Assembly: GCA_973851085.1 (NCBI GenBank)
Contig: OZ316775.1
Coordinates: 11,036,001-11,100,000, forward strand
DNA: 64,000 bases
DNA from: Ptychomitrium polyphyllum
Taxonomy: Eukaryota
Direction of reading: 5' to 3'
Shown: piece after piece, positions 1 to 19,326 of the stretch
How positions within the stretch are numbered: the first letter of the stretch is position 1
Layout of the letters: every line of letters begins with the position of its first letter
Translations under genes and position numbers: made by a program
Notes under the pieces: generated by a model
The model's input: the letters and a program-made list of their open reading frames with translations, nothing else
Told to the model about the DNA's origin: nothing
Databases searched by the model: none

Positions 1-5
1 TTCAC

Positions 6-912
<907 letters not shown>

Positions 913-1870
913 GGCGCGCGACGGCTATGGAGTGTCGAGGGAGCAAAAGGAACGACAGCAGCGCCGGGAAAGAACTTCTGCCCTTGCAGTCTTGGGGTTT
1001 GTCTCGGCTCCCCCCAACCCTAAAACCCTCCTACCCGGTTCTGCAATAACCAGGTTGATGACGCTGGCTCCCGTGTACCCGCTTCAGACCCTGGTTTGGT
1101 AGGACGAACCGTCCTACCAATTGAGAAATCGACGGTTGCAAGGGTTGCATGCTTCGAACCTGCGCTTTATCCAAACCAGCCAATAGCTACCGGTGCCTTA
1201 CACTTCGCTTTCTGGAAAAGTATATATGATAACGGTATCGGGTGAAATTAAATTCCACATTATTTGCGTGCTTTGTTGATTTTATGGAGTAAAACATACA
1301 TGTCGTAGACAATATCGGTTTTATGACACTCCTACTAAAAGTAACTTGAGGTAACAACTCTCACTGGGAAGAGGTAAAAGGATTTAGTGAATGTGGATCC
1401 TGTGAAGAGTGTCGTCGACCTTAAGTTCTCAAAACGACTCACCCCGGGGCGTCCGCCCTGCGGCTGATACCTGGACGATACTCGTGCAATACTCGTCTCA
1501 TACTGGTGTGGTACCTAGGAGGCAAGGCGAAGAATAAGGAACAAGATGGCTGCGTTGCGAGCAAATTTCACAACAGAGCGACATAGCCATGATATTTTCC
1601 AAGGTTTGGCGCAACAGACTTTGAATTACATTATGGCTACCAACACAGAGCTTCTTTGATTCCATCTTTCATATCTTTGCAAGAATAATCGCTGGCTCCG
1701 AGTTTTTACTTGAAATGGTTTTCGATTAAATTGAAGGAGGTTGGACGTTGGAGGTTGGAGGTTGCAGTGGATGATTGCTGGAAGGGAGAAGGATTGCTAA
1801 TTGTTGTGGAGGTTTGGAGCAGTGGTAGTTGATTAGGGTTGAGGTGAAAGAGGAGGGGGCGGTGAGGCCG

Positions 1871-4800
1871 ATGACGACCGCTGTTTGGCAGCCGCAGTGG
1901 GGGGAGTTGAAGCAGATTTATAGATTGTTGGAGCAGTATCGGTTACCAACAGTGGATCAGTCGCACATTTGGCAGCAGCACCAGCGCTGTAGTCAGCTGC
2001 CGGATTTCAACAATTACCTTGCGTTTATTTTGTGTCGTGCTGAGGTTTTTATCATTTGCCTCTGCCTCTGCCTCTGCTGTGATGATGATTTTGATTGCAC
2101 TGATTATGAGAGGGGAATGGTTGCGATTGTGATTCTTCTTCAGCTTGATGGACTGCGGTGCTACAGAGAGTGATTTGTTAGGTCTCCATTTGCATCCGAT
2201 CAGTGTGTTGTGTAGTTATCCTCTTGGCATCAATGCGAGCCTTTTACGGAGCTGGAGCGACAGCATTCGTATAGTAGACGGCATTTCAAGATAACTCCAG
2301 CCTCATGAAAGCATCAAGCTGCTAAGATTCCTATGAAAATCAGTCTCAAGGGCAGACACTCAATCGGACTCTATTTAGGGCTTTTTTTGTGTGAAGCTCA
2401 TGTGCGATTTTTGTAATTGGCGTTTGCATTATATTTTTCTACAACTAATATGAATGAATTTTACAAGAAATGGTGGAATTTTCGTTAGGCCTCTGCAATC
2501 TTGTAAGTTTGTTCTATGGTTCTTGATTCTTGATATGGTAACCCGTGGTTTAGTAGTAGCCAAAGCAACGCGTAAACATGCATTGTGATTTATACGTTCA
2601 TGCGCAGCTAGTTATTGTCGACAATATGAAACTGAGTTTTAATATCGCACTGATCGTCCCGTAGTGGTTGCCATTCAGCACCGATTGATTGTTACATTAT
2701 GGTGGTTGATTGGTCGGAGACTTGCTCTGTAAACCTATGGCGTTTTCTTTCGGAAAAGCAATATCAACTTCGTGACACCGTTTCTTGTTTGTAGGGAGAT
2801 GCTGCCAACATTCGACAAGCAGCAGGTTTGCTGTTGAAGAATAACTTGACGTGCAGATACACCTTGGTCCTTCCTCAACACATCCAGTATATCAAGGCGG
2901 AAGTGCTACCATGTCTTGGATCTCCAGATTTTGGTGTTCGAAGCACTGTTGGAACTATAGTGAGTGTTGTGGCGCAACAAGGGACTTTTCAAGGCTGGCC
3001 GGAAGCACTTCATGCATTAGTTCAATGCTTAGACAGCAATGACTACAATCATATGGAAGGGGCTCTGGACGCTCTTTTCAAGGTTTGAAGTACTTTCTCT
3101 AGTTACCTTAGCATTTCTTAACAAGTAGCTGCTTGACCTGGCATTGTATGAATTGATTTTGTATATTTGCTGCTTAATTAAACGACTTGTGGACACATCT
3201 GCTAGTGTTGTGTGTTTGTGTAGTGTCAAGCTAACCCTGACCACCCGAGTTCGTGTGGATAATTGAAGAGCTTGTTTAAGCTTTCTGTAGAAGGGCGTGA
3301 TTCGATAGAGCTGGAAGCTTTCGCTTTTGAAAGTTGTGATCATTCTACCTTCTGACTATGCAGATTTCAGAAGAATTACCTGAAATATTGGACATGGATG
3401 TGGCGGGATTATCAGAACGTCCTATTACAGTGTTTCTTCCTAGATTGCTCAAGGTGTGACTCAGACTCTGAAGCTGAGATTGCGAGGGAAAGAACTCCAG
3501 TTGTTTTCAACCGGCGTGAATCAAGAGCCCTTTTGTCCGTAAGGATGCTGTTGTAGGTTCTGAGATTGCCACATATACCAAGCTGCTGCTTTGTTTGGGG
3601 GAATGGGGATGATAGAATGATACTTTTAGTGTATTTTGACATGTTGGATTTCAGTGTGCACCTTTGACCCATTCCGTAAGTCCTGCAGTTTTTCACCTCA
3701 GAACATGCCGTGTTGCGGAAATTGGCACTGGGTACCGTCAACCAATTTATTGTTCTTATGCCAACTGTAAGTTATGGTCCTCTTCATTCTTAAACTTAGC
3801 CTTAGTAAGCATTACTTCAGATTGTAGAAAACAACTAGTTTTGTTTGGAAATGTACGATGGAAGTCTGCTGCTGTCCAAATTTGTGTTACTGCACTTACA
3901 GTGTTAGTGTCGTGAGCACACATGTCATTACATTGCAGCGGACTCAATATACTCTATCGCAAATTATCATTTTCTTCACTTGTATGGGGACTATGAAATG
4001 ATGTGTTTGTGTAGAGTAGTTTTTATGGGCCCACAAGATTGAATATTTAAGAACGTGTTTTGTTAAGGTACTATTTATCCACATCGACAACTACTTACAA
4101 AGCTTGTTCTCATTAGCGAATGATAATTCACCAGATGTTCGGAAATTGGTAAGTATTACTAATATACTACTTGTCAAGTCTCATCTACTCCTAAGGTGTA
4201 TTTCACTCTACTTGATTTCAAATGGTATCGCATCGGAATACCTGAAAATATGGGGCTTTCGAAATTGTAAAAGTACGTCTGCTTGATGAAAAACCAGACT
4301 TCATGATAGGATCTTTTGTAGATTGTGTCATACAAACTAGCGGTCACAGTACTCATTACCCAAGCTTGTTTGATCAATCTTCTCTAACACCAGGTGTATC
4401 TGGATGGAGCAAACAGGTCTGTGCTGCTCTTGTGCAATTGTTCGAAGTGCAGCCTGATGTCTTGGAGGTATATGCCAACCGTAGACAATGAGTGTGGTAT
4501 TTTCACAACTTGCAATTAGCTGAGGTTAGATACTGTTCGGAGGTAAATTTGTGGTTTTGTTGACCACGTTTTTTCAAATTTCCAAATTTTAGAAAGTGTT
4601 GACTGGTGAGAAGGTAGTATTGTTGCAGTGCTATGCGAGCTTTAATGAACACTTCTAATTTAATTTCACGGTGCAGCCTCATATGCGGGATGTGATTGAG
4701 TATATTCTGCAAGCCAATAAGGATGCTGATAAAGACGTGGCTTTGGAGGCCTGCGAATTTTGGTGGGTTAAGATAGTACAAACTACTGAGTTCCTAACTG

Positions 4801-7800
4801 AGCATCTTGATAAATTCATAATTTGGAGCTAGTCTAGAATCATCACAGTAACATCAACATGCCTGATTCTAAACTGAAAGGTTTGTTTCGCAGGTCCGCA
4901 TTTTGTGAAGCTCAACTACCAAATGACTTCCTCCGGGAGTTTCTGCCTCGTCTTATTGATGTAAGTTCTAGAAATTTTTGGATTTTGAAAGTTTGGTTGA
5001 AATGTATAGTTAAAATTTGGGCACCCACTTGTGATGATGTGTATGGTGGAATCCTGTTTCTTAGTTTTGCTCATCTGTACTTAACATTTTGGCGAACTAA
5101 CATATGCAGATATTGTTAGACAACATGGCATATGCTGAGGACGATGAGGCTTTGCAAGATAATAGTGTAAGAAGTTTATTTGGAAAGTCATAAATATTCT
5201 GGTACATATGCATTTTGTATGTTCAGCTTTTAAAGTTATTTGAAATACAACTGAATAGGTCATTTTTGAGGCATTTATGGTGTATTTTGAAACTTTGCAG
5301 GAGGATGAAAGTGTACCTGACAGAGAACAGGTAACGTCAGTGTGCTGTGGCTGTGGTTGTTTTGTAGCTGATGTATTTAAATTCAAGGTATCGTCGCAGA
5401 TTGTAGCAAAGGGCGAATGTTTACGTCTGCTATGCTATGTTTCTTGTTTACCATGTTCTCAGCAGGATGGATGTCTAATTTTTTATTATTTACTTTTTGT
5501 TTACACTCTGTGGTAATCACACTAACTCGGAGCAATGGACTGTGTGAAATGTCAAATAGGATATTAAACCAAGGTTTCATCAATCACGCTTTCATGGGGC
5601 TGATAAAGCCGAAGATGATGAGGTGGTGTCTTTGGAGTGCCACTTATCAATGCTAGCTTGCTCTTTCATCCCTGGGGTCAATTCTCACCTGGTCTTTTGA
5701 TGAGTTATGAGCAAAGACATAAAGTCAGGTGAAGGAATGATGTTTCTTTTGCTGTTCTATCTGCAGAAACAACTCAAGGAAAAAATTTATGCACAGATAC
5801 AGCCTCGAACAGGCGCTTCACATGTGATGGTTTAAGTTTAAGAAGGCTCTTATTATCAGCTTCTGTGAATTAAGTATTCAAGAGGGTTACTCAATTTTCG
5901 AAATTCTCATTTGATAATTCTTTCCTTCAGGAAGAAGACGATACCATAAGCTCCTGGAACTTGCGAAAATGCAGTGCTGCTGGACTTGATAATTTATCAA
6001 CTGTGTATGGAGATGATATTCTTCCAGTCCTTATGCCTCTAGTGCAAGTACGTGCCCTTGTACTGTGCAGGCTGATCAGTGGCAGTAAGCTAAAACTGTA
6101 TCTTTGGGTGGTTATTGTATTGTGTTCATCATGCTCGTTGGCTTTTTGCCTTCTCGTAGGAGGCCACAGATATCTAGAGTAACATTGATGACCTTTAATG
6201 CTAAGTTCTATGCGCACTTTGTGCCTTGTCTTTACTAGCTGGTGATCCTATTTAAATATTGTGGTGAACAACGGCCATGCTACGCCACGCATTGAGAGAA
6301 GTTCTAAGTTTTATTTCTGTCCTTACTTACAAAGGGAACCTGCAGGTGAGACTTGCTCTTAGAGAGGATGCTCGTTGGGAAGAGAAAGAGGCAGCTATTT
6401 TGGCTCTAGGAGCAGTTGCTGAAGGCTGCATATCTGGACTTTTACCCCATTTAGGACAGGTTGGACAGTAAACCTTCACCATTCTGCATGTTTGACTACA
6501 ATCTTTGTCGCATATGAGCTTAGAGACGTAGGCTCGATATTACATCTCCATGTACATGCTTCTGCAGCATTCCCAGGGATCACTACACTTGGCCTTGCTC
6601 AATTATCTAAATTTTATGGTTTCTCTTACAATCTTTTTTCGAAGCATTGTCAGTTGTTTGCTTCTTGTTAATTATGGGTTTAGATAATTCGAGATGTTAT
6701 GATGCTCACCGTTTTTGGTCATTCAAATTGACTCGTGAATTTCTTGTTTATTGTTCAGATTGTTACGTATCTTGTTTCCTTCATGGAAGACGGATGGCCA
6801 CTTGTACGAAGTATATCGTGTTGGACTTTGTCGCGTTATACTAAATGGATTGTCCAGGTATAATATAATCATAAAGTTGATATAGAGCTCTTTTAGGCGC
6901 TCAAAGTTCTTCACAGATATTGAATATTGTCAGAGAAGAGAGCTTTGATTCGGGGGTCTTAAAGCCGGGTTTTAAATTTTACATATATCACTCTGACGTT
7001 TAATATTTGTCCAAAATTGTTCACCAAAACCCTTCATGAATAGGTAGCACAGACCCCAGAAGGACAACCGCAATTTGATGCAGTACTCACCGGGTTGCTC
7101 AGGCGTATTCTGGATAGCAACAAACGAGTACAGGGGGCTGCGTGCTCTGCATTTATCACCCTGGAAGAGGTGTTTTAGCTGAATCTTCGGACCCGTGCAG
7201 CTTGGTCATTACAAGAGTTTCTGTCACATGAAAAAACATTTATTAACTATTAACACATTAGAAGGTCACATGTTGAGCTTGAAAATTCACCCATGGTTTC
7301 TGACCACTGACAAGTATAACCATAGTTTTACTTATATTTCGACGACCATCCTGTTTTTTCATGTGCAGGAAGCTGCTGAAGGCCTAGCACCTAGGCTGGA
7401 AATCATACTGCAGCATCTTATTTATGCCTTTGGAACTTATCAGGTACATTGTAGGAAACCGATATGCATGCTTGCCTGGCTTCCTCAATATTCGTTGGTC
7501 ATTATTTGTTCTCAAGGGCATACGCAAATCGTTTAAATAACCAAAATCGATAGGATTTTTGCCAAAGATCCATTGATCAATCCTCGGGTAGAAATATGCT
7601 ATTTAATGCATTGAAATCTAAGTTTTTAAGACTAGGAGACAGGACTAAGGTTTCAGAGGCGTTGGTCATTTCCCCAGTTTTGTTGTACTTTGCCATCTAC
7701 TTTATTCTAGTTTGCTTGATTGTGGTTCAAACGTTTACCATCTTCAAAAATATGGTGAAAAGTTTGTGAATTAATGGCAAATGTGGTCCATGTTTCTTGA

Positions 7801-10800
7801 TATAGCTCATCAGCTCCTCTGTAGTTGTGGAGTCTGCTGTCAAAGCCGTCGATATTTTATAAATGGGTTCAACTTTGATCGTCATTGTTGATTTGGACAG
7901 AGCCGAAATCTTCGAATTTTATATGATGCTATCGGTACATTAGCTGACGCTGTTGGCAGTGAACTTAACAGTGTACGAAATTTCTCAACTTTGCTTCTTG
8001 GTTCCATTTTTGAGTGCTTGTAGAGAGTTCTGTGATGTTGTAGATGACGTAAGTCTTTGCTGCGTTGCACTATTGTAGCTATATGCCCTAAGGCTACATT
8101 TTCAACTCAAAATTGATTGTCTGGTTCTGCAGCTGAAATACTTGGAAATTCTAATGCCTCCATTAATATCCAAGTGGCAGCATTTGCCAGACTCTGATAA
8201 GGACTTGTTTCCCCTGCTGGAGTGTTTTACTTCAATAGCACAGGTACTCACACATTCTTACTCTTGTTCTATATGAATAAGTCCCCTCTAATATATTAAG
8301 CACTTCTAATACTAGGATTGGCCATATATATACATGCAGCAGGCAGTCCTATCCGTTTCCTACCTAAATGAAGTCATGGTGCAAGCTATGACTTTTTATT
8401 TCTCCACAGCCTCATCTACTGTATGAGATACGCAGTTGAAGTCTGAAAGCTAACAGCATATATGAGTGGTGACAGGCTCTTGGCTTAGGTTTTACCCTGT
8501 ATGCAGAACCTGTGTTTCTTAGGTGCATCAATCTCATTTATACACATCAAATTGCAAAGGTACTTATCTCATAGTAGTGGCTGCTAAATGTGTTTATTGT
8601 TTTGGCTATGAAATTACTGTTTTGCACTGAATGACAGTTTGTTAAAGGATAATATCAGTAATTTATGTTTGTGTTTTAACGTGCATGCAGACGGATCCTC
8701 AGAGGGCTGGTGTAAATTATGACAAAGAGTTTATTGTCTGCTCCTTAGATCTACTATCTGGTATTGCAGAGGGCCTTGGCACTAGCATTAAGACCTTGGT
8801 AATATTTTAACCTTTATTTGCTCATGAGAGAATGCATTTGATGGCTACATTTAAATCGTTCAATATGCTGTACACTGGTGCGTATGCGTTGCTACATTAT
8901 CGTACTGAGAATGTAATGTTATTAATCGAATAGTATCGATTGTCAAAGGTTTGTGTACCATTGTTAAACTTATAAAAACTAATGTTATCAGGAAGTACCT
9001 CTTGCTTTTGATATCCATCTATAGAAACTAGTTTGGCCTACAATAATTTGCGAATTTAGTGTAATGAGGGTTGCTTGGCTGATCACAATCTTACAGAATC
9101 CCCGTTGTTCTTTACAATTTTTGTGGTTGCTATATGGTTTAGGTCTTAAGAAGTGATCTTCGGGACCTCTTACTTCAGTGTTGTGCCGATGATGCCCCGG
9201 ATGTGCGACAGAGTGCTCTGGCTCTCTTAGGTGACCTCGTTAAGGTATAACATCTTGTGAGGATGGTTTCTGGTCAATATTCTGTTCGCTGGAGTAATGT
9301 TTTGTGTTACGTCGTATAGCACATGCTTCTTGCTTCACCCATACCTCAAGTAGGTCATATCTGTATTAACACGGTTCGTGCTCGTTAGCAGGCATGCGTA
9401 GTTCATTTGCAACCCCGCCTTGCAGAGTTTTTAACACTTGCTGCCAAGGAGCTGGTATGGTTCAGGAATCCATTTGCCAAGTATCTATCGAGCATCCTCT
9501 AGAGTACAGTATAAACATTTGCTATCCACTTGGTTTCTTATTCAGTAGTCAGTGTTTGCAACTCGTAGCATACTAACGAGTTGTATCGGTGGTGAGTATG
9601 GCAGGGACAAGATGCAAAAGAGAATGTTTCGATCGCTAACAATGCTTGCTGGGCCATTGGTGAAGTCGCCATCAAGGTATGTCTCACCGGTTCTGCTACT
9701 TGTCGATTTAACAAGCGGGAAGTATATCACTTTTCAATAACATCAATCAAGTTTAGAATTGATATCATAATGCTAAAAATCATTTTACTCATTAAAGGTC
9801 TTGTTTTACTCATCTGTCTTTTATCTGCTGTCTCATGCTCTCCTTCTAGTCAGTCATTTAGGTGATGGTGTGATAAATGTACGAAGATTGGTTTTATACA
9901 TTTTTTCCCATGACTAGAACTTTAGGGTGTGTTGTTAACTATACTTCTGATTGATGCAGGTTAGGAAAGACATTTCACCCATTGTGGTGACCGTCATCTC
10001 ATCACTTGTGCCCATTCTTTCCAACACTGAGGTATGTTGAGATTGTTAATGTTAATGTGAACGCAAAGTGATGAAGTTGGGTATGAAATTATCTCTAGAT
10101 GTTTTTAAACTTGAGTATGTTTGTACCGCACCTGATCTCAGATGAACTGGAAAGTTTTGATTGAAAATCGAGATGAATGTTCAGGGTCTAAACAAGTCAC
10201 TTTTGGAGAACAGCGCCATCACCTTAGGCAGACTAGGATGGGTTTGTCCCGAGCTTGTGGCTCCGCACATGGAGCATTTTATGAGGTCTTGGTGTAGCGC
10301 ACTCTGCACGTAAGTTCCCTCCCAATCTCTTGCAATTTCTCTACTTTCAGTTTTTTTAAAATCTTACTTTGCTGACATGTGTTCTTGAAAAACCAAAGCA
10401 ATTCTTCAAATTTGTCAAATATAATCTACTAATAGCACATCGATGTGTGAATATGGTATGCTGATTCTTTTTCATTTTCTTTCTGCTGATTGGTTCTTAA
10501 TAACCTCTTGCTTCAGGATACGAGACGAACTCGAGAAGGAAGATGCATTCCGGGGCTTGTGTGCTATGGTACGCTTGATCTGTGTAATTATTTAAACTCC
10601 TTGTGTAGTGAATTAAACCTGATTTAGAGTTAATTACAATAATGACTTAGCTTCTCATATTGTTATGTTTGATAGCTTGTTGCAGTTGGTGTTCAAATCA
10701 ATAATGACACAGGCCCTTTCATATTTATTAACCTTTTTGTTTGGGTTGTTGTTAGGTTCGATTGAACCCAGGAGGTGCTGTAAATTCATTTGCTCCAATG

Positions 10801-11512
10801 TGTGGAGCCATCGGGAGTTGGCATGTAAACAATTTCTTACTGAGATGGGCTCCGAGCGTCTTTAATGTTGTTTCTCATGATACTGAAAATCAAGAGTTTC
10901 TGTCCAGTCACTCCAGGCTCTATAGTAGTAAATTATCAGAGATGCTTCGTTTTTCTGTGTAAAATTACGGTGGCGCTGCTTCTGCTTATACGCTAGCCTC
11001 TTGCATTTATATTGGGACTTACTCCTGCAAAGGTCTCTCTACTTTTGAGAGCTTCTAACTCCGGAGACCTATTTGGTGGGGTTCGAATTGAAAGAGATTT
11101 TAATTTTGAATGGACCTTGCAACCGAGTTATAATTTATCCTTCTCTTTTTTGATACAGGAAATGCGGAGTAAAGAGCTCTTGGTAGAGATTGCGCAAGTA
11201 TTATGTGGATGTAAGCAGGTATAACTTCTTCCTTCCAGCTTTGTGGTTAAAACCAGCTGAGGTGCCTTAGTTATGCCACTGGAATCCTCTATCCTCTTAC
11301 TCTAGCTGTTCCTCGGTAGAGAGTTCCTCGACTGCTCTTAGACTTCATGTTCTTGATTTCTTGATCCTTCCAAGCTTGCATCATATTTGAGATAAACATG
11401 ATGGAAGATTACTGTATTGCAGATGCTTTGTCAGTCTGGCTTGTGGGAACAGTATTTTGGAGCTCTAGATGGGGTGTTGCAAGAGAAGCTAGCAAAAACA
11501 TACGCACTTTGA
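1871..11512 (+). CDS. TRN1: Transportin-1 (importin-beta family, HEAT repeats), more than 20 exons
   Basis: Starts MTTAVWQPQ...[15 protein letters not shown]. Internal exons include [24 protein letters not shown], the acidic loop [17 protein letters not shown]...[25 protein letters not shown] and [14 protein letters not shown]. The last exon, 11423-11512, reads [29 protein letters not shown]. Boundaries are GT-AG. Confidence 0.95.
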
Positions 11513-12202
11513 GATTTGTAACCAGTAATTTTTACTTTCAGACTGCCCTGTACTTGCTCGTAAGTCCCACCAAACGGCCGCGGCGCACTTGGATGCATAT
11601 TGCTCATTCAAGTTTGGCTGTCCGACAATTGTGGTGTCTTCGTAGCTTAGACTTTGGGATATTCGTTAACGTCTGAGTGATTAGTACAATCGGGGTTTTA
11701 GTGTTTCTGTATCCAGTAGGCAACTTGCCACCTCATGTATTGGAAGCGAAAGGGGAGAGAATGTTAGGAGGCGTTAGTTTTGTTGCAGGGAGGTTCTCCT
11801 CTAGTTTTCCTGCTGGAGAGAAAGTAGCTGAAGGTTAGTTCAGTATTCTACTGATGGTCCTAGCATTTGAAGGATAGTAGGTGATTACATTTGGTCTCTA
11901 CCAGTATAGCAGCCACAGTAAGTCCTATCACACGTATGTGCCATAGTTAGTACATGTAACGGAGACAAAGCATTTACGAAGCTTGATTTCTTCATCAATA
12001 CTATGTCATCATATTTAGTAAATCATGCGCTGTTGGCGCATCAATGTCTCTTCAACCACCTCACATGACACTCATGATATTTTATGTTATGTGGGGCTAG
12101 TGCAATAGAACACGGTACAATAAAAAGACAGGACATTTTTCCCTTCTTTTCCTATCTTTCTTATGACAAAAAAATCTTTGCAAATTTATGATTTCCTAAG
12201 AC

Positions 12203-13366
12203 TTACAAAGAGTGATAGAACAGCTCTAGCTTCTCCCGGAGGTGTTGGTCGGACCCTAAAGCCGGCGATTTGACGTCCTTCCAGATGAGGGGAGCGCGAA
12301 CCGCCAGCAGGCGACTCATGGACACAATCTCATCAGTAAGCGGGTGCTTGGCCTGAGGGCGATACACTTGCACTCTGTCCAACTCGTTGCCCTTCTGCAG
12401 GTGATGCCTAGCGGGGACAATGTTCCCCCACCAGTACTCACTCATAACTCTAAAAATCATGCCCCAGTACCTCTCGTCTCGGTAGATCCGAAAGATGGAG
12501 CTCCCGTTCACGCACCACACGTAGAAATCCATCCATTCTCGATCAAAAATCTCTAGCAACCCCTGCGCCTGCGGCATGTAGTAGTGCGGGACAGAGGTCC
12601 ACGGAGACCCCGTCTCGGGGCTGCCCTTGTTGTGAGGGCACTTGACTTCCAAAACACCGCCTTTGGAGTAAGTTCTCGAAAGGCTGGCGTCGATGAGACC
12701 GTCAGGAGATGCGCCAAGCCACCCATGCAAGTCGTCGCCCTCCTTGTAAATCTTGAACGCCATCTGTTCCACGAGGTTGCCCGTCAATTGCTTGTAGCGC
12801 TCAATAGCGCCGGCTTCTCGGTTCGTCCCCCACACCGTGGCGGGATTCCCTGCGAACGGCTTGCGCAGGCCCAGCTTCTCCTCCCAGAGCTCGCCTCTCC
12901 CGGCCTTCCAAAAGCCTAAAGCGTTGCCGAATGCGCTGGCCGTGATGCGGCCCTTGCGCAGGCCGTGCCACAGCTCCGTCCTCTGCTGCAAATCCGCTGG
13001 AATCGCAAGCGCCCCAGTTCGGTCGTCTCCCGCAAACTCAACCTCCAAACCAGCCAAGCCGCCATTCTGAAGATTGGAAAGCCCACCGGAACACTGCGCA
13101 TCCACCGCACCACTAAACCGCCGTCTTCCTCCTTGCCTCGACAGCCTCAGAGTCCCAAAGCCTGTACAGAAGAAATCGCCCCGCCCGCCACGCGCAGCAG
13201 CCTCCCTTTGCACCAAACTCCTGGTGACAGCACCCGGCGGCCTGCAAAGGCCATTAAGCGGCATTTCACCAACCTGAGCCGCAACCAGGACTGCGAGAGA
13301 ATCCACTCTCACAACGGTCGAAGCCTCGAACGCCACTGAAGGGACGCCAAGCCTGCGCATCCACAT
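12203..13366 (-). CDS. YqaJ-like viral recombinase / lambda-exonuclease-family PD-(D/E)xK nuclease, with a possible N-terminal targeting extension
   Basis: 387-aa uninterrupted ORF with QQRTELWHGLRKGRITAS, WGTNRE, LGASPDGL, LEVKCP and YYMPQAQGLLEIFDREWMDFYVW, the YqaJ motif series. A probable 5'-UTR intron lies at 13608-13373. Confidence 0.88.
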   Translation of the reverse strand: MWMRRLGVPSVAFEASTVVRVDSLAVLVAAQVGEMPLNGLCRPPGAVTRSLVQREAAARGGRGDFFCTGFGTLRLSRQGGRRRFSGAVDAQCSGGLSNLQNGGLAGLEVEFAGDDRTGALAIPADLQQRTELWHGLRKGRITASAFGNALGFWKAGRGELWEEKLGLRKPFAGNPATVWGTNREAGAIERYKQLTGNLVEQMAFKIYKEGDDLHGWLGASPDGLIDASLSRTYSKGGVLEVKCPHNKGSPETGSPWTSVPHYYMPQAQGLLEIFDREWMDFYVWCVNGSSIFRIYRDERYWGMIFRVMSEYWWGNIVPARHHLQKGNELDRVQVYRPQAKHPLTDEIVSMSRLLAVRAPLIWKDVKSPALGSDQHLREKLELFYHSL

Positions 13367-15316
13367 TCAAACCTGTGCACACCATCCAACTCTGAACCTT
13401 GACACCTCAGTGGGTCTGCGAATCCGGACCGCGGCTAATCGCTGTTCCCAGCTTCTCCTGTTGTGCTGCTTTCGCAAGCGCATCGCAAATGATCTTTCGA
13501 CGCTTCGGCTGCCAAAGCATCATTGAAAGTGCCGCGTGGGGCAGTTCTTTCAAACCTCTGGGCGGTCTGGAAATGCGAGGGGCACTTCTCATGGATGAGT
13601 TTCTAGACCTTCAGTATCCTGTGTTGTGTGCGTATAGGGCCACGGTGTAAGGAGAAAGGAAGGGCTCTTCAAGTTCACGACGGCTACTTTATATTTCTTT
13701 CCTTGTACTTCTACGACTTCCAGCATGCATAGTGATTTGAAGTGATAAAGAGACCATGTTTTCGTTGATTGAGTTCAAGGAACATTCTAATAAGATTTCG
13801 TTTTTTTAAATCCATGAAAAAATGTTGCATCTGTTGCATAAAATTTGTTACATCTGTTACAATCATTCCATCGCCAAGTATGTTTGGTTACCAATCTGAG
13901 GTGATGATGACAAGGTAATCCACGTAGTTGTTGAGAGTGCTGTATGGACATTGATTTGTGATAAACATTATGGTTTTTCTTTTCCTTAGAAGCAAACACT
14001 TTTTTAAGCAGGGGTGTTTGCTATATATCTCCATTAAAATAGACCTCCACCACTTAGAAATTTTGTTTACTAGAAAATTTGATCGAAAAAATGTTCTTCA
14101 TATTGAAGAAAGATGGTCATAGAAGGTTGGGGCCTTCATAGCAAATCATTTAATGAAATAGTTGATTGGGATCTTGAAAATAATCTACTCAATCCAATTG
14201 TAATACGGGAGCTCCAACCCCCAGCATCCCATTGAAAGGAGTCACTTAATGTTGTCACAAGTTGTTAAAAGAAGAGATATTCCAGCATCAAAAGTAAAAC
14301 AGAAGGATACTAAAGTGAAATTCTGACTCCATAAACTGAAATTCTGACTTCATAATCAAAGACATGAAATTGGCTGTGGGCCTTGAGGTTCTATGTCTGA
14401 ACACTGAATTCCGGTTGTCAAGGTTTGATCACTACGCGTCGGCATATACCTTGATGTGAGATTTGGTAACGTGCAAGAACAGACTATGTAAGCCTCTTTT
14501 CGGCTTTCTCTAGGGCAGTTCACTTCTGTAATAACCATCTGGATTCTTGTTCTATTAATAGGCTGAGCTCTAACAGGAATATGTGGAGGGTAGCGAGACC
14601 CATGTCATTGCACAAGCAAACCATCACTCACGTAGAGTGCGTCAACGGAAACCAACTGGTCAGACCAACAACATGCATTTCAATAACCGTGCCTTAAACA
14701 ACACAAAATAAAAATGATTGCTCATACAAACTTGTGCACTACCCTTCAGAGTTACTATACTCCCTCTCCCTCTCCCTCTCCATCTCTCAGGCCTCAAAGC
14801 CAAATGTTGTATCCAAACGAAGCTCGTAAAAGAAAGGGGATCAGTTGCAACAAAATAATTGCGGACAGAGTTGATAACAAATTTTTGAAACGAAGAATTA
14901 GATTGCTAAAGTTTGAGCAAATAATGTGCAGTAAGGGCACCTATCATTCAAAAACAGCAATACTTTGTCCCAAGAGTTTGCTGTGAAACACATACATTCT
15001 TCGCTTCTTTCTAACCCATGATTTTACTACACATGCAAGCGGTCAGCTTGTCACTAGGACCTTCACAGTCTGCTGCACCTTTCTGAGTAATTGGCAGCAA
15101 TTTTGACAAATATCAAAGGAGTTAGAAGATTTCCTTGTAACAAGTAGGAAGATCACGGGTTGATCCCCACCCCAGCTGCTTGTAATGGAGCGCTTGAGGA
15201 CAGTAACCTATATTACCAGCCCTTTGTGACTAGCTTGCCCAGAATATCGGTGTCAGCAGCAAAAAGAATCTGAGAGCTGCTTAGCTTTTGATGTCCTTAA
15301 CTGTTGAATGTGATGC

Positions 15317-19326
<4,010 letters not shown>

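Noticed and set aside
12344..13339. Several plus-strand ORFs of 67-124 aa
   Set aside because: Antisense shadows of the GC-rich YqaJ-like CDS with no independent motifs.
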